Notes: generated by a model not told the origin, from the sequence alone. Shown: positions 27,758-37,805, counted from the stretch's first letter. The stretch: DNA of 41,727 nucleotides from Candidatus Magasanikiibacteriota bacterium (GCA_023246555.1 JAHFIC010000001.1:8528-50254); one strand, 5' to 3'. A program made the numbers and translations.

Positions 27758-29017
27758 TTATACCTTACGACTCACGCAAGCAAGCAAATCTTCCTTTTTT
27801 ACGAGTTCAGTGTCACTTTCTCTAAGCCCCCTCACCTCTACCATACCGTGAGCCAGGGTTTTTTCGCTGACAACAATTCGTATGGGGATACCCAAAAGGT
27901 CAGCGTCGGCAAATTTTTCACCTGCACGCACGTCACGATCGTCATAGAGGACCTCGATGTGCCCAAGAATAAACTCAGCGTAAAGCGCTTCTGCGGCATG
28001 GACATCGACCGACTCACGACAGAGTGATATCATGTGTACGGCGAACGGCGCGACTTCCTTTGGCCAGTAAATTCCTTTTTCGTGAGACAGTACCTCAGTG
28101 ATGGTTCCCATAAGACGTCCGACACCAATTCCGTACGAGCCCATAACGGCGGGCAGCACTGCTCCTGATTCTGCGGTGTACACGAGGTTGAGTGGTTTGG
28201 AATAGAACGTACCAAGTTTGTAAATATTGCCCACTTCAATTGATTTCTCCTCAACCAATTCGTCTTCGGTGATATTGAGTCCGCGGAGAGTGTCATCGTT
28301 CAAGACTTCTTTATTTACAGCAATATTTTTTCCCTTATGAACATAAATCGTATCCTCACCCGCCGCGGTGAGTGTTTGAAATTCATGTGAGTAGGCCGTG
28401 CCAAACGTTCCGCCGCTTGCAAGCGTCATATAGGTACGATCTCCTATGCCGACACGAACAAAAATTTTCTGATACGCCGTTATTACTTTTTCGTAAAAAG
28501 CGTTTAGCTCTTCATCTGTTCGAGAGAAGGAATACAAATCCTTCATGATAAATTCTCGACCGCGAAATAGGCCGCTTTTAGCCCTCAGCTCATTGCGGAA
28601 TTTAGTTTGAAACTGGTACAAATAGGCAGGAAGATCGCGATACGAGGAAATGTAATCCTTCATGAGAGCGGTAATCGCCGGTTCATGCGTGTACGCCAGC
28701 CCCAATTCCGTATCATTTTTGAGTCGAGTTTTAAACCATGTATCAACGACTGCATCATCCCATCGTCCGGTCTTTTCCCATACCTCTTTTTCTTGGAGTG
28801 CAGTCATGACAATCTCTTGCCCTCCAATCGCATTCATTTCTTGTCGAATAATTTCCTCAATTTTTTTTATGACGCGCAAACCCAGTGGCAAATAGGAATA
28901 CACCCCTGCCATTTCTTTATGGATAAACCCGCCTCGAATAAGGAGTTGGGCATTCCGTGCCACCTCGTCTTTTGGTGCGTCCTTCTTCGTGTGCGTGCAG
29001 AGCTGTGTTTGTTTCAT
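27758..29017 (-). CDS. proS: Prolyl-tRNA synthetase, short bacterial-like form without the large INS editing domain
   Basis: ATG 29017 (MKQTQLCTHTKKDAPKDE..) lies 8 nt after the upstream stop. Class II motifs YQFQTKFRNELRAKSGLFRGREFIMKD and MGSYGIGVGRL are present. Only a short segment lies between motifs 2 and 3. Confidence 0.9.
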   Translation of the reverse strand: MKQTQLCTHTKKDAPKDEVARNAQLLIRGGFIHKEMAGVYSYLPLGLRVIKKIEEIIRQEMNAIGGQEIVMTALQEKEVWEKTGRWDDAVVDTWFKTRLKNDTELGLAYTHEPAITALMKDYISSYRDLPAYLYQFQTKFRNELRAKSGLFRGREFIMKDLYSFSRTDEELNAFYEKVITAYQKIFVRVGIGDRTYMTLASGGTFGTAYSHEFQTLTAAGEDTIYVHKGKNIAVNKEVLNDDTLRGLNITEDELVEEKSIEVGNIYKLGTFYSKPLNLVYTAESGAVLPAVMGSYGIGVGRLMGTITEVLSHEKGIYWPKEVAPFAVHMISLCRESVDVHAAEALYAEFILGHIEVLYDDRDVRAGEKFADADLLGIPIRIVVSEKTLAHGMVEVRGLRESDTELVKKEDLLACVSRKV

Positions 29018-29025
29018 AGAGAGGT

Positions 29026-29424
29026 TTATCCCTGATGTTGAGGAGAATCCCGGCGCGTCGTATGCCGGAATAAAATCAAAAGTATCACGCATACAAGAAA
29101 CGCCAGTAAATTCCAGATTTTGAGCAATGCCTGACCACGCAGATAGAGAAGTCCAATGAGGATCACCGTGATAATGATTGCGTCGCGAAAACTGTATTCA
29201 ACGTAGCGGAACATAGGTAAATCACTCGTGGAAAAAAAGTGGTACCAAAAAAATCGTCCGAGAGATATTGTCCCAACGAGCGCAAAGCACAGGCTGGTGT
29301 AAAAGAACAAAATCCCGACCCTCGTTGTTTCAAATGGGTTGATATTAAAAAGAACCAAGCCCCACGCCAACCAAGAGAGGCCGGCCCCAAGGCTCATGAT
29401 CAGAAGATAGCTTCGCAGGGTCAT
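29026..29424 (-). CDS. Hypothetical 4-TM membrane protein
   Basis: ATG 29424 gives MTLRSYLLIMSLGAGLSWLAWGLVLF... The ORF track extends to 29499, which would overlap the DUF721 gene by 26 nt. Confidence 0.5.
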   Translation of the reverse strand: MTLRSYLLIMSLGAGLSWLAWGLVLFNINPFETTRVGILFFYTSLCFALVGTISLGRFFWYHFFSTSDLPMFRYVEYSFRDAIIITVILIGLLYLRGQALLKIWNLLAFLVCVILLILFRHTTRRDSPQHQG

Positions 29425-29473
29425 AGCAAAACTATTGTATCCTTCGGGCCGCTCTTTGGCAAGCGACCTTGAT

Positions 29474-29773
29474 TTAGGCAAGATACCGGATCCGATCAAC
29501 CTCTTTTTTGCCTAATTTTTCATTAATTTTTGAGACGATGTCCATTTGCCGAAGGCGTATCTCTTGGGCAATCGCGCCATTCGAGCAGGTGACCGTGAGC
29601 GTACGATTTTTCAGGAATAACGGCTTTGCGTGAAGCGCACCCTCAGTTCCAAAAAACTCCTGAAAGACCTCTGTTGCCTGCTCAACCACAAGCGATGCTT
29701 GCACTTGATTCTTGAGTGGCGTGTGAGAAGCCATTTTTTTGTTTAATGTTTCACCAAGCGGTGCGAAAGTCAT
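29474..29773 (-). CDS. DUF721 (DciA-like) protein
   Basis: 99 aa. ..LKNRTLTVTCSNGAIAQEIRLRQMDIVSKINEKLGKKEVDRIRY.. matches the DUF721 pattern as I remember it. Confidence 0.65.
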   Translation of the reverse strand: MTFAPLGETLNKKMASHTPLKNQVQASLVVEQATEVFQEFFGTEGALHAKPLFLKNRTLTVTCSNGAIAQEIRLRQMDIVSKINEKLGKKEVDRIRYLA

Positions 29774-30285
29774 ACTCTGTATATATACACAGTACCATCT
29801 TTTTTTTCATATGGCCAATCGGGAAAAGTGAAGACGTGTGAAACCACTCGCGCGCCCGGTTTCATTTCTTTCCGAAGCTTCTCCTGCAATCGCGGCATTT
29901 TATTTGAAATAAAAAAAATGGTAAGGACGTCGACATGGGAGACATCAACTGTCCATAAATTTTTTCGAAAAAAGAAAACACGTGTGTATCGCCCAAATTT
30001 TGCGCGGGCACTACTCCACCAATACAAGAATGGATTTATTTCAATGCCGATGCTCTCTGCTCCGGCATTTGCTGCGGCAAAAACGATGCCCCCACCTCCG
30101 GAACCTAAATCCATACAAATTTCTCCAGGGTGTATAGCCGCAAGAGCGATCATGCGCTCAATGTTTTTTTTGGTTGTCGGCACAAACGGCGCCCCACTCC
30201 ATGACCCAAGAAGGATATAAACGGCCAAAAGAAGGAGCAGGGCATTGATACCAAACAGGACAACCAAGAGAACGATGTGCGTCAT
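29770..30285 (-). CDS. Membrane-anchored class I SAM-dependent methyltransferase
   Basis: An N-terminal TM (IVLLVVLFGINALLLLLAVYILL), then SAM motif I ICMDLGSGGGGIVFAAA. 171 aa. Confidence 0.7.
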   Translation of the reverse strand: MTHIVLLVVLFGINALLLLLAVYILLGSWSGAPFVPTTKKNIERMIALAAIHPGEICMDLGSGGGGIVFAAANAGAESIGIEINPFLYWWSSARAKFGRYTRVFFFRKNLWTVDVSHVDVLTIFFISNKMPRLQEKLRKEMKPGARVVSHVFTFPDWPYEKKDGTVYIYRV

Positions 30286-33200
30286 AGAATCCGAAATTCA
30301 CAAATATCGCGAAAATCACAGTGGCCGCACACATACGGACTCGGAGTGGCGGTGAAGTCGCCATCTCGAATGAGAGAAACGGTGTCCATAATTTTCGCTT
30401 TGAGTTTCTCTAGTTCTTCCCCTCTCCCAAGAAATGACACCTGCACGTTATCGTTTACATAATAAAACGTGAGCTTTCCTGGCGCTCCAAGATTTCTGTA
30501 CTGCGGAAGACTTTCAACAGCAATTTGGTACATGAGCAGTTGTTCTTTGTCCGCACTTTCCAGTTTTTCTTTGCTTTTTCCTGTTTTGTAATCCACGATC
30601 TCTATCGTCTTGTCAGTCAATTGATCAATGCGATCCATTTGTCCGCGAAGGAGGACGTCGCCAATCTTCACCGTAAAACCCGTTTCAAGCCCAAGGGGAA
30701 CCGTCCAGTTTCCTATCTGGGAAGCATAAAAAATTTTCAGAATTTCTCTTCCCTTTTTATAATATAATTCACGTTGGTGTTTACTTTCGTACCAATCTGG
30801 TATCCAGCACTCCTCATAAAGTTTCAACAAGTCTGCAAGCTGCGGGACGCGTATGGCATTTAGGCTTTCAGCATTCGGCTGTCGGCTGGGAGCCAAAAAC
30901 AGGGACTCCTGTTTCGACGCGTTCAATTCTTGCACGCGTTCATAAAAATGCTGCAAGGTGGAGTGGATTGTTTTACCAAAGCTGAAACTCGCATTGCCGC
31001 GCGTTGGAATGTGAAGAATATGGGCGAGCTTATATTGGTAAGGACAGGTTTCGTAGGCCTTGATTTGCGAAAACGAAAATGTTTTGGGGAGTTCATACAC
31101 AAACCCATGCGCATCTTGACGGTTGTCAGCTTCCCGCTTTCGGCCGTCAGCCGATAGTCGATAGTCCCGCAGTGTGCGGGACCCCGCCCGAGGGCGGTGG
31201 TCGATAGTCGATAGTTTGGGCGCGTTCTTGCTCGTCTCACCCAATCTCATCTCCGCCAAGAATCGACTTGTCTTCTTTGCTCTCATGCCACCGTAGTCCT
31301 CCGCGCTTGTAAGGTACAGACGCTCCTTGGCGCGGGTGACAGCGACGTAAAACAACCGACGCTCCTCCTCAAGGTGATAATCGCCTTCAGGTAATCTTTC
31401 TTTGATCAATTCTTTTGGCATTTCTATCCCCTCTCCTCGCCGGCGTGTTGGGAAACGATCTTCGACGAGATTCACAACAAAAACAAAACGAAATTCCAAA
31501 CCCTTCGCGCTATGGACTGTCAGAACATTAATCGAATCCGGAGTTTCCGATGGCTGGTATAATTTCCCTTCCGACCCGGCATCAATCAAATTTTCCATAT
31601 GCGCCGCAAATAGCGTCACGGACGCTTCGGGCACAACCGATTCAAATCGAGCAAGAAAATCAAAAAATTGTTTCAGGTGATAAATACTCCGTATCGCCCT
31701 TGCATTTCCCCGACCCTCTTCGTGTGTCAGGTAGCTCAGATATCCGGTGGTATCGAGAAAGTGGTATAAGACCACCGTTGGTTTTTCAAACCGCGCCTGT
31801 TTCATGCCTTCGTGGAGTGCGTGAAGTAGCTTCTCCACGGCGGTAACTCCACCATCTGACAAACGAAATTCCTGCGCTCGTTTCATGGTTTCATAGTAAG
31901 ACAAAGATTGTTTCTTTGCGGCATATACGAGCCGTTGAAAATCATTTTCACCGAGATCGACGCACGGCATGCGAAGAATTCGATATAGTGCTGTAGAATC
32001 CAAATGGTCCGTAATCGTCGTAAAAAAGTTGACGCAATCAAGAATGATTGGCTGGCGATAGAGACCGCTGGATGCTAGAAACTCATAGGGAATGCCATGG
32101 CGTTCGAATGCAGATAAGAATGGTTCGGCATGGCTATTGGCTCTAATGAGAATGGCGAAATCATCCCAAGTAGCATCCGGGACTTTATTTTTTATTTCGA
32201 CAATTTTTTCCACCACCGCCTGAACCTCTTGATCCAGCGTTGGGCAGCGGATACATTCAACAACTGCTGGCTGCTGGCTGCTGGCTGCTGAAAGCCGTTT
32301 GTCAATTTTTAATTTCGCTTCCAGCCGATCAGGATTATTTTTTTGAATGAGGGTGTAGGCATGGTCAAGGATCTTCTGTCCTGAACGATAATTTTCTGTG
32401 AGCACCACCTCTTTGGCATTGGGAAAATCTTCTTTGAATCGGAGAATGTTCGACACGGATGCCCCGCGAAACGCGTAAATCGCTTGGTCATCATCGCCAA
32501 CCACAGTAAGTTTGCCATGCCCTGCGAGAAGCTTTGCGAGTTGATATTGGGCCCAATTGACATCTTGAAATTCATCGATGAGGATATAGGCAAATCGCTT
32601 CTGGAGACGTTCTCGCACCATCGGACGCTCTTCAAGCAATCGGACACTGTATGCGATCAAATCACCAAAGTCGAGTGCGGTATGCTCTAAAAGCAATTGT
32701 TGATACGTATGATAAGCATTTGCCAGCTCATGGAGACGACTCCGCTCACTTTCCCCAGCTTCATCGCTATCGAGCGTTACACGCTGTGCATACGCCAAAT
32801 AGGCTTCCGGGGTAATCAGCTCATCTTTACACTTTGAAAAATGCCGTAAAAGTTCATGAATATGTCGAGCGGGGTTTCCGAGCGGGCGATAATATTCAAG
32901 CGGTAGTGTATAGATATGCTCTCGAAGAAGCATCCAGGCATCCGTATCCGTCATGAGCGTAAATCGGTTTGGCAGCCCAATCTCAAGCCCATGCTCCTCA
33001 AGGAGCCGTTCGGCAAACGCGTGAAACGTAGAAATCTGAAGATCGGCATAACCAGTATCAAGGAGTATGTCAACCCGGTCGTGCATTTCTTTCGCCGCTT
33101 TGTCGGTGAACGTCAGGGCAAGAATTTCTTCCGGCTTTGCACAACCAGTCTCCACAAGCCGCGCTATTTTTTCTGTAATAACCATGGTCTTTCCTGTCCC

Positions 33201-33296
33201 CGCTCCAGCAACAATGAGCAACGGGCCAGCGGTGTATTCGACAGCCTCTTTTTGGGCTGTATTTAACGAGCGTTTTTCAATGCCGTTGCCCACCAT
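30282..33296 (-). CDS. UvrD/PcrA-type SF1 helicase fused to a C-terminal PD-(D/E)XK (Cas4/AddB-like, 4-Cys) nuclease domain
   Basis: Walker A GAGTGKT, DEFQD (motif II), VGDDDQAIYAFRGA, TVHSAKGLEF and YVAVTRAKERL. The C-terminal domain has ..ETCPYQYKL.., GQMDRID.., IEIVDYKTGK and CGHCDFRDIC (C..CxxCx5C). Confidence 0.88.
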   Translation of the reverse strand: MVGNGIEKRSLNTAQKEAVEYTAGPLLIVAGAGTGKTMVITEKIARLVETGCAKPEEILALTFTDKAAKEMHDRVDILLDTGYADLQISTFHAFAERLLEEHGLEIGLPNRFTLMTDTDAWMLLREHIYTLPLEYYRPLGNPARHIHELLRHFSKCKDELITPEAYLAYAQRVTLDSDEAGESERSRLHELANAYHTYQQLLLEHTALDFGDLIAYSVRLLEERPMVRERLQKRFAYILIDEFQDVNWAQYQLAKLLAGHGKLTVVGDDDQAIYAFRGASVSNILRFKEDFPNAKEVVLTENYRSGQKILDHAYTLIQKNNPDRLEAKLKIDKRLSAASSQQPAVVECIRCPTLDQEVQAVVEKIVEIKNKVPDATWDDFAILIRANSHAEPFLSAFERHGIPYEFLASSGLYRQPIILDCVNFFTTITDHLDSTALYRILRMPCVDLGENDFQRLVYAAKKQSLSYYETMKRAQEFRLSDGGVTAVEKLLHALHEGMKQARFEKPTVVLYHFLDTTGYLSYLTHEEGRGNARAIRSIYHLKQFFDFLARFESVVPEASVTLFAAHMENLIDAGSEGKLYQPSETPDSINVLTVHSAKGLEFRFVFVVNLVEDRFPTRRRGEGIEMPKELIKERLPEGDYHLEEERRLFYVAVTRAKERLYLTSAEDYGGMRAKKTSRFLAEMRLGETSKNAPKLSTIDHRPRAGSRTLRDYRLSADGRKREADNRQDAHGFVYELPKTFSFSQIKAYETCPYQYKLAHILHIPTRGNASFSFGKTIHSTLQHFYERVQELNASKQESLFLAPSRQPNAESLNAIRVPQLADLLKLYEECWIPDWYESKHQRELYYKKGREILKIFYASQIGNWTVPLGLETGFTVKIGDVLLRGQMDRIDQLTDKTIEIVDYKTGKSKEKLESADKEQLLMYQIAVESLPQYRNLGAPGKLTFYYVNDNVQVSFLGRGEELEKLKAKIMDTVSLIRDGDFTATPSPYVCGHCDFRDICEFRIL
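31152..31215. repeat. 14-bp direct repeats (each a CGATAGT doublet) flanking a 36-bp GC-rich double-hairpin segment, in frame inside the helicase-nuclease linker
   Basis: cgatagtcgatagt occurs at 31152-31165 and again at 31202-31215. Between them lie cccgca-gtg-tgcggg (31166-31180) and cgccc-ga-gggcg-type pairing (31184-31197). Confidence 0.9.
32264..32290. repeat. Tandem heptanucleotide repeat (CTGCTGG x about 3.9) inside the helicase gene
   Basis: ctgctgg at 32264, 32271 and 32278, then ctgctg at 32285-32290. It encodes ..SAASSQQPA.. on the minus strand. Confidence 0.95.
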
Positions 33297-33811
33297 AAAA
33301 GTTCTTCAAATAATTCATCCAGCCGGCGTTCATACGCGGGATCGGTAATTTCCCCAGCACCATTAAAAAGCGTCTTGATATGAGGAAAATAAACGGAGGG
33401 AACAATCGAGACCATGGATAAATTTCGAACAATCTCGGTTAACTGCTGTACAACGCGCGCCCCACCAAGTCCGCCGCCAGACACACCGCAAAAAGCGACC
33501 GGTTTATGAGCATATTCCGTATCCGCTTTATCGATGAGTATTTTTAATTCTCCCGGGTACCCATGATTATACTCTGGCGTAACAATAATAAGTCCGTCCG
33601 CACGCGCCATAATTTCCTTCCACTTTTTGCTCATATCATTTTCTTGCCACGGTGCCCATGAACGATCGGTGAGGTAATCACGAACGTCCAAGAGCTCAGT
33701 TTCCACATCGCTTCGTTTCGAGAATAGTTTGTGGGTAAAACGAGCAGCTTTTTCCGACAAACGATCTTGGCGCGCTGTGCCCAAAAGAATTGGAATAAAG
33801 AGTTCATTCAT
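33263..33811 (-). CDS. NADPH-dependent FMN reductase family protein
   Basis: ATG 33811 gives MNELFIPILLGTARQDRLSEK... ..IVTPEYNHGYPGELKILIDK.. is typical of this flavoprotein family. Its 3' end overlaps the helicase start by 34 nt. Confidence 0.8.
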   Translation of the reverse strand: MNELFIPILLGTARQDRLSEKAARFTHKLFSKRSDVETELLDVRDYLTDRSWAPWQENDMSKKWKEIMARADGLIIVTPEYNHGYPGELKILIDKADTEYAHKPVAFCGVSGGGLGGARVVQQLTEIVRNLSMVSIVPSVYFPHIKTLFNGAGEITDPAYERRLDELFEELLWWATALKNAR

Positions 33812-34637
33812 ATTTTTTTGAAAATCGATGCAACCACACCACAAAAAAACCCCCGAACGTCATACAAAAAAGTGCTAAAATAGTGTTTCCCCCAAGTCCA
33901 TCATGCCATGGCCAGACTTTCCGCATGGATCCGATCATAAGGCCCGTCAAAATTGCCATGGTCAGATCGTTGTGACGATCGAGGAGCCAGGTAATTGCCC
34001 GGACAAAGAGAACAAGCCCGATGACGACGCCGATACCAAACCACGCAAGCACTGGAATATCTCTGGTGTTGATTGCCTCAAGGATGAATTGATATTTCCC
34101 AAGAAGAATCAGTGTAAATGAACCGGAAAGCCCGGGAAGGAGCCCGGCGCAGACAGCGATCATGCCCACGAGGGCCAGAAACCAGCCAGTGTTTGGTGTC
34201 TGGGTTGGAATAAGTTCGACGAATTTGTATGCGACCAATACACCAAGAATCATAATCATCCACAAGGCAGGCGTTTGTTTTTTTATCAGCGTTCGAACAT
34301 AGAACGCTGAAGTTCCAACCAAACCAAAAAGAGCGGCCCAGGTATAGAGTGGAAATTGATCAAAAAAGAAACCGAGGACTCGCGCCATGGTAAGAACCGC
34401 GAGAAAGACACCAATAGAAACAGCGGTAAGAAATTTCCAAGGGATATATTCAAGAAGTTCCTTGATTCTCCCGGCTAAAAGAAGTTTTACTGCTTTGATG
34501 TCAAAACGTGCAAGCGCTTTAAGTATATCGGCATAAATGCCGACAATAATCGCAATCGTGCCGCCGGAAACTCCGGCAACGACATCAATCGCGCCGACGA
34601 CGAAACCTTTGGCAATGAGGATAGCGTAATGTCGCAT
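33804..34637 (-). CDS. DUF368 family polytopic membrane protein
   Basis: Duplicated signature VAGVSGGTIAIIVG and LPGLSGSFTLILLGKY. Start ATG 34637 (MRHYAILIAKG..) or 34688. Confidence 0.8.
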   Translation of the reverse strand: MRHYAILIAKGFVVGAIDVVAGVSGGTIAIIVGIYADILKALARFDIKAVKLLLAGRIKELLEYIPWKFLTAVSIGVFLAVLTMARVLGFFFDQFPLYTWAALFGLVGTSAFYVRTLIKKQTPALWMIMILGVLVAYKFVELIPTQTPNTGWFLALVGMIAVCAGLLPGLSGSFTLILLGKYQFILEAINTRDIPVLAWFGIGVVIGLVLFVRAITWLLDRHNDLTMAILTGLMIGSMRKVWPWHDGLGGNTILALFCMTFGGFFVVWLHRFSKKYE

Positions 34638-34717
34638 AGGATAAAGATACCGTGCCGTTGCCTGTCTTGACAAGAGGAAAAAATTCATGTAAATCTCTCT
34701 TTAGGGAGAAAAACTTA

Positions 34718-34939
34718 ATGAAAAATGATCAATCAATGGGCGACGGTAAGGGAATCGGCTGGCCGCTACTGATTCCGATACTTCTTCTCGTTCTTTTGGC
34801 GGCACTCTCTCAAAGAGATCAGGAACGAAAGCAGTGCCTCTCTGCCTGCAACGATCAGTGCGCGGCGGAAGTTATGTGTAGTGCAAACTGCACTGAAAAA
34901 TGCCCCATCGTTTTCCCTATCTTTGGGGCAGGCTCGTAG
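34718..34939 (+). CDS. Small (73 aa) membrane-anchored protein with a C-x3-C-x3-C-x5-C-x3-C-x3-C tail
   Basis: SD AGGGAG (34704-34709) lies 8 nt before ATG 34718. TM helix WPLLIPILLLVLLAAL. The tail reads QCLSACNDQCAAEVMCSANCTEKC. Hairpins and a terminator lie downstream. Confidence 0.6.
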   Translation: MKNDQSMGDGKGIGWPLLIPILLLVLLAALSQRDQERKQCLSACNDQCAAEVMCSANCTEKCPIVFPIFGAGS

Positions 34940-34979
34940 CCAGCCTCGCCCCGACCGACCGAACGCCCATTCGAATACC

Positions 34980-35015
34980 CCGCCTCCGCTCACCGAGCGC
35001 CGGCGGTTCTTTTTT
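34980..35015 (+). terminator. Probable intrinsic terminator in the convergent gap (small Cys-rich gene versus atpC)
   Basis: ccgcc(34980-84)..cgctc-acc-gagcg..ggcgg(35002-06): two 5-bp helices around a 2x2 internal loop, followed by ttctttttt. Confidence 0.55.
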
Positions 35016-35433
35016 ATGGAAGTTTTCTGTATTTCTTTCCAACGCGTACGCGATTGAGCTCCCGCTCCATAATTGCTTGAAGTTTTGCAAAATCAATGTC
35101 CTCAGCTTGCTTCGCCTTCTGCATCTCTGCTTCGGCGCGCTTTCGCGCTTCTTCGGCGCGAGCAATGTCAATCTCTTCAGCGCGCTCGGCATTGTCGGCC
35201 AGAATGATGACATCATTTCCGGGCCGAACCTCGATCGCGCCGCCGGCAACAGCAATCAGGTGCTCTCCCGCCTGATCCAAGATTTTGAGTTCTCCGGCGG
35301 CAAGCGTTGAGATGAGCGGAATATGATTTGCCAAAATCGTAATCTCACCCGTCGTCGTGGGGACAGATACTTGCTGGATTTCCTTTTCGTACACCACGCG
35401 TTCGGGGGTAACAATTTTAAGCGTGATCGGCAT
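35014..35433 (-). CDS. atpC: F1 ATP synthase epsilon subunit
   Basis: 139 aa. ..LKIVTPERVVYEKEIQQVSVPTTTGEITILANHIPLIS.., then a helical C-terminal hairpin. It is the last gene of the operon. Confidence 0.9.
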   Translation of the reverse strand: MPITLKIVTPERVVYEKEIQQVSVPTTTGEITILANHIPLISTLAAGELKILDQAGEHLIAVAGGAIEVRPGNDVIILADNAERAEEIDIARAEEARKRAEAEMQKAKQAEDIDFAKLQAIMERELNRVRVGKKYRKLP

Positions 35434-35439
35434 ACCGTC

Positions 35440-36903
<1,464 letters not shown>

Positions 36904-37803
36904 TCAGCCGAGCGCTGCCGCACCGCCCGCAATCTCCGCAATCTGCTGCGTGATGCCCGCTTGCCGCGCTTTATTATAATTTAAATTTAATTCATCAATC
37001 ATATCGCTTGCCGCATCCGACGCATTCCTCATGGCCATCATGCGTGCCGAATGCTCGCTCGCGGCAGACTCGAGAACGGCCTGAAATACTTGCATCTCTG
37101 TCAGTCGCGGCAGCATCGTTTCGAGCACCAGTAGCGGTGTTGGCTCAAAGAGATAATCATCTAGAGCGTCCTGTGTGATTTGCTTCTCGTCGTTCGCGCC
37201 TGCATGTTGAATCATATCTTTGAGCTCTGCCTCGACAATCGTCAAAACTTGTCGAAGGTTTGGAATTTGATGAAGCGCGGACTGATAGTCGGTGTACGCG
37301 ATAAGGACGCGATCATAGCGCTTTTCCATAAATCCGTCTATGGCCAGGCGGACAATCGGAAGAACGTCGGTAAAGGCCGGCGTGTCCGACAAATCGGGAA
37401 TAAATCCGGCGAGCGTATGGCCAGCCCGTCGGACCGCATCAGCGCCTTTTTTCCCCACCGCGATTATTTCCACATCCGTTTGAGAAAAAATACCGATATC
37501 CCGGAGTGTCTTTTTAATGATATTGCTGTTGAAGCTCCCACACAATCCGCGGTTCGATGTGAGGAGCACCACCAGCGTTTTTTTGACCGGCCGCACCTCG
37601 AGAAGTGGAAGCGAGAGCGATCCTGTTTTCGCTAATGTCGTGAGCAGATTCCACGCCAGGGTCGCATAGGTCCTGGTGTTTACCGCCGCCTCTACCGCAT
37701 GCCGCATTTTAGCAGCCGCAACTAATTCCATCGCTTTCGTGATTTTCTTGGTGTTCTTGACCGATTTTAGCCGGCGTTTGATTGTTTTTGTCGATACGGC
37801 CAT
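36904..37803 (-). CDS. atpG: F1 ATP synthase gamma subunit
   Basis: 299 aa. N-terminal KRRLKSVKNTKKITKAMELVAAAKM and C-terminal ..NKARQAGITQQIAEIAGGAAAL. Confidence 0.94.
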   Translation of the reverse strand: MAVSTKTIKRRLKSVKNTKKITKAMELVAAAKMRHAVEAAVNTRTYATLAWNLLTTLAKTGSLSLPLLEVRPVKKTLVVLLTSNRGLCGSFNSNIIKKTLRDIGIFSQTDVEIIAVGKKGADAVRRAGHTLAGFIPDLSDTPAFTDVLPIVRLAIDGFMEKRYDRVLIAYTDYQSALHQIPNLRQVLTIVEAELKDMIQHAGANDEKQITQDALDDYLFEPTPLLVLETMLPRLTEMQVFQAVLESAASEHSARMMAMRNASDAASDMIDELNLNYNKARQAGITQQIAEIAGGAAALG

Positions 37804-37805
37804 AG

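Noticed and set aside
27101-28027. A 308-aa plus-strand ORF, and many other 60-200 aa ORFs, lie antisense to clpB, mreB, proS, atpA/D and other genes.
   Set aside because: They lie fully inside, and opposite to, genes with strong family motifs. Their products are low-complexity or R/S/C-rich without motifs. This is the typical shadow-ORF pattern.
29778-29789. A perfect 12-bp palindrome, tgtatatataca, near the methyltransferase/DUF721 junction.
   Set aside because: It lies inside the methyltransferase coding sequence (..TVYIYRV*), is AT-only and short, and is probably a coincidence of the Tyr/Ile codons.
34953-34966. A short cgac/cgaa tetranucleotide run lies downstream of the Cys-rich gene.
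   Set aside because: There are only about 3 imperfect units between two hairpins, which is too short to interpret.
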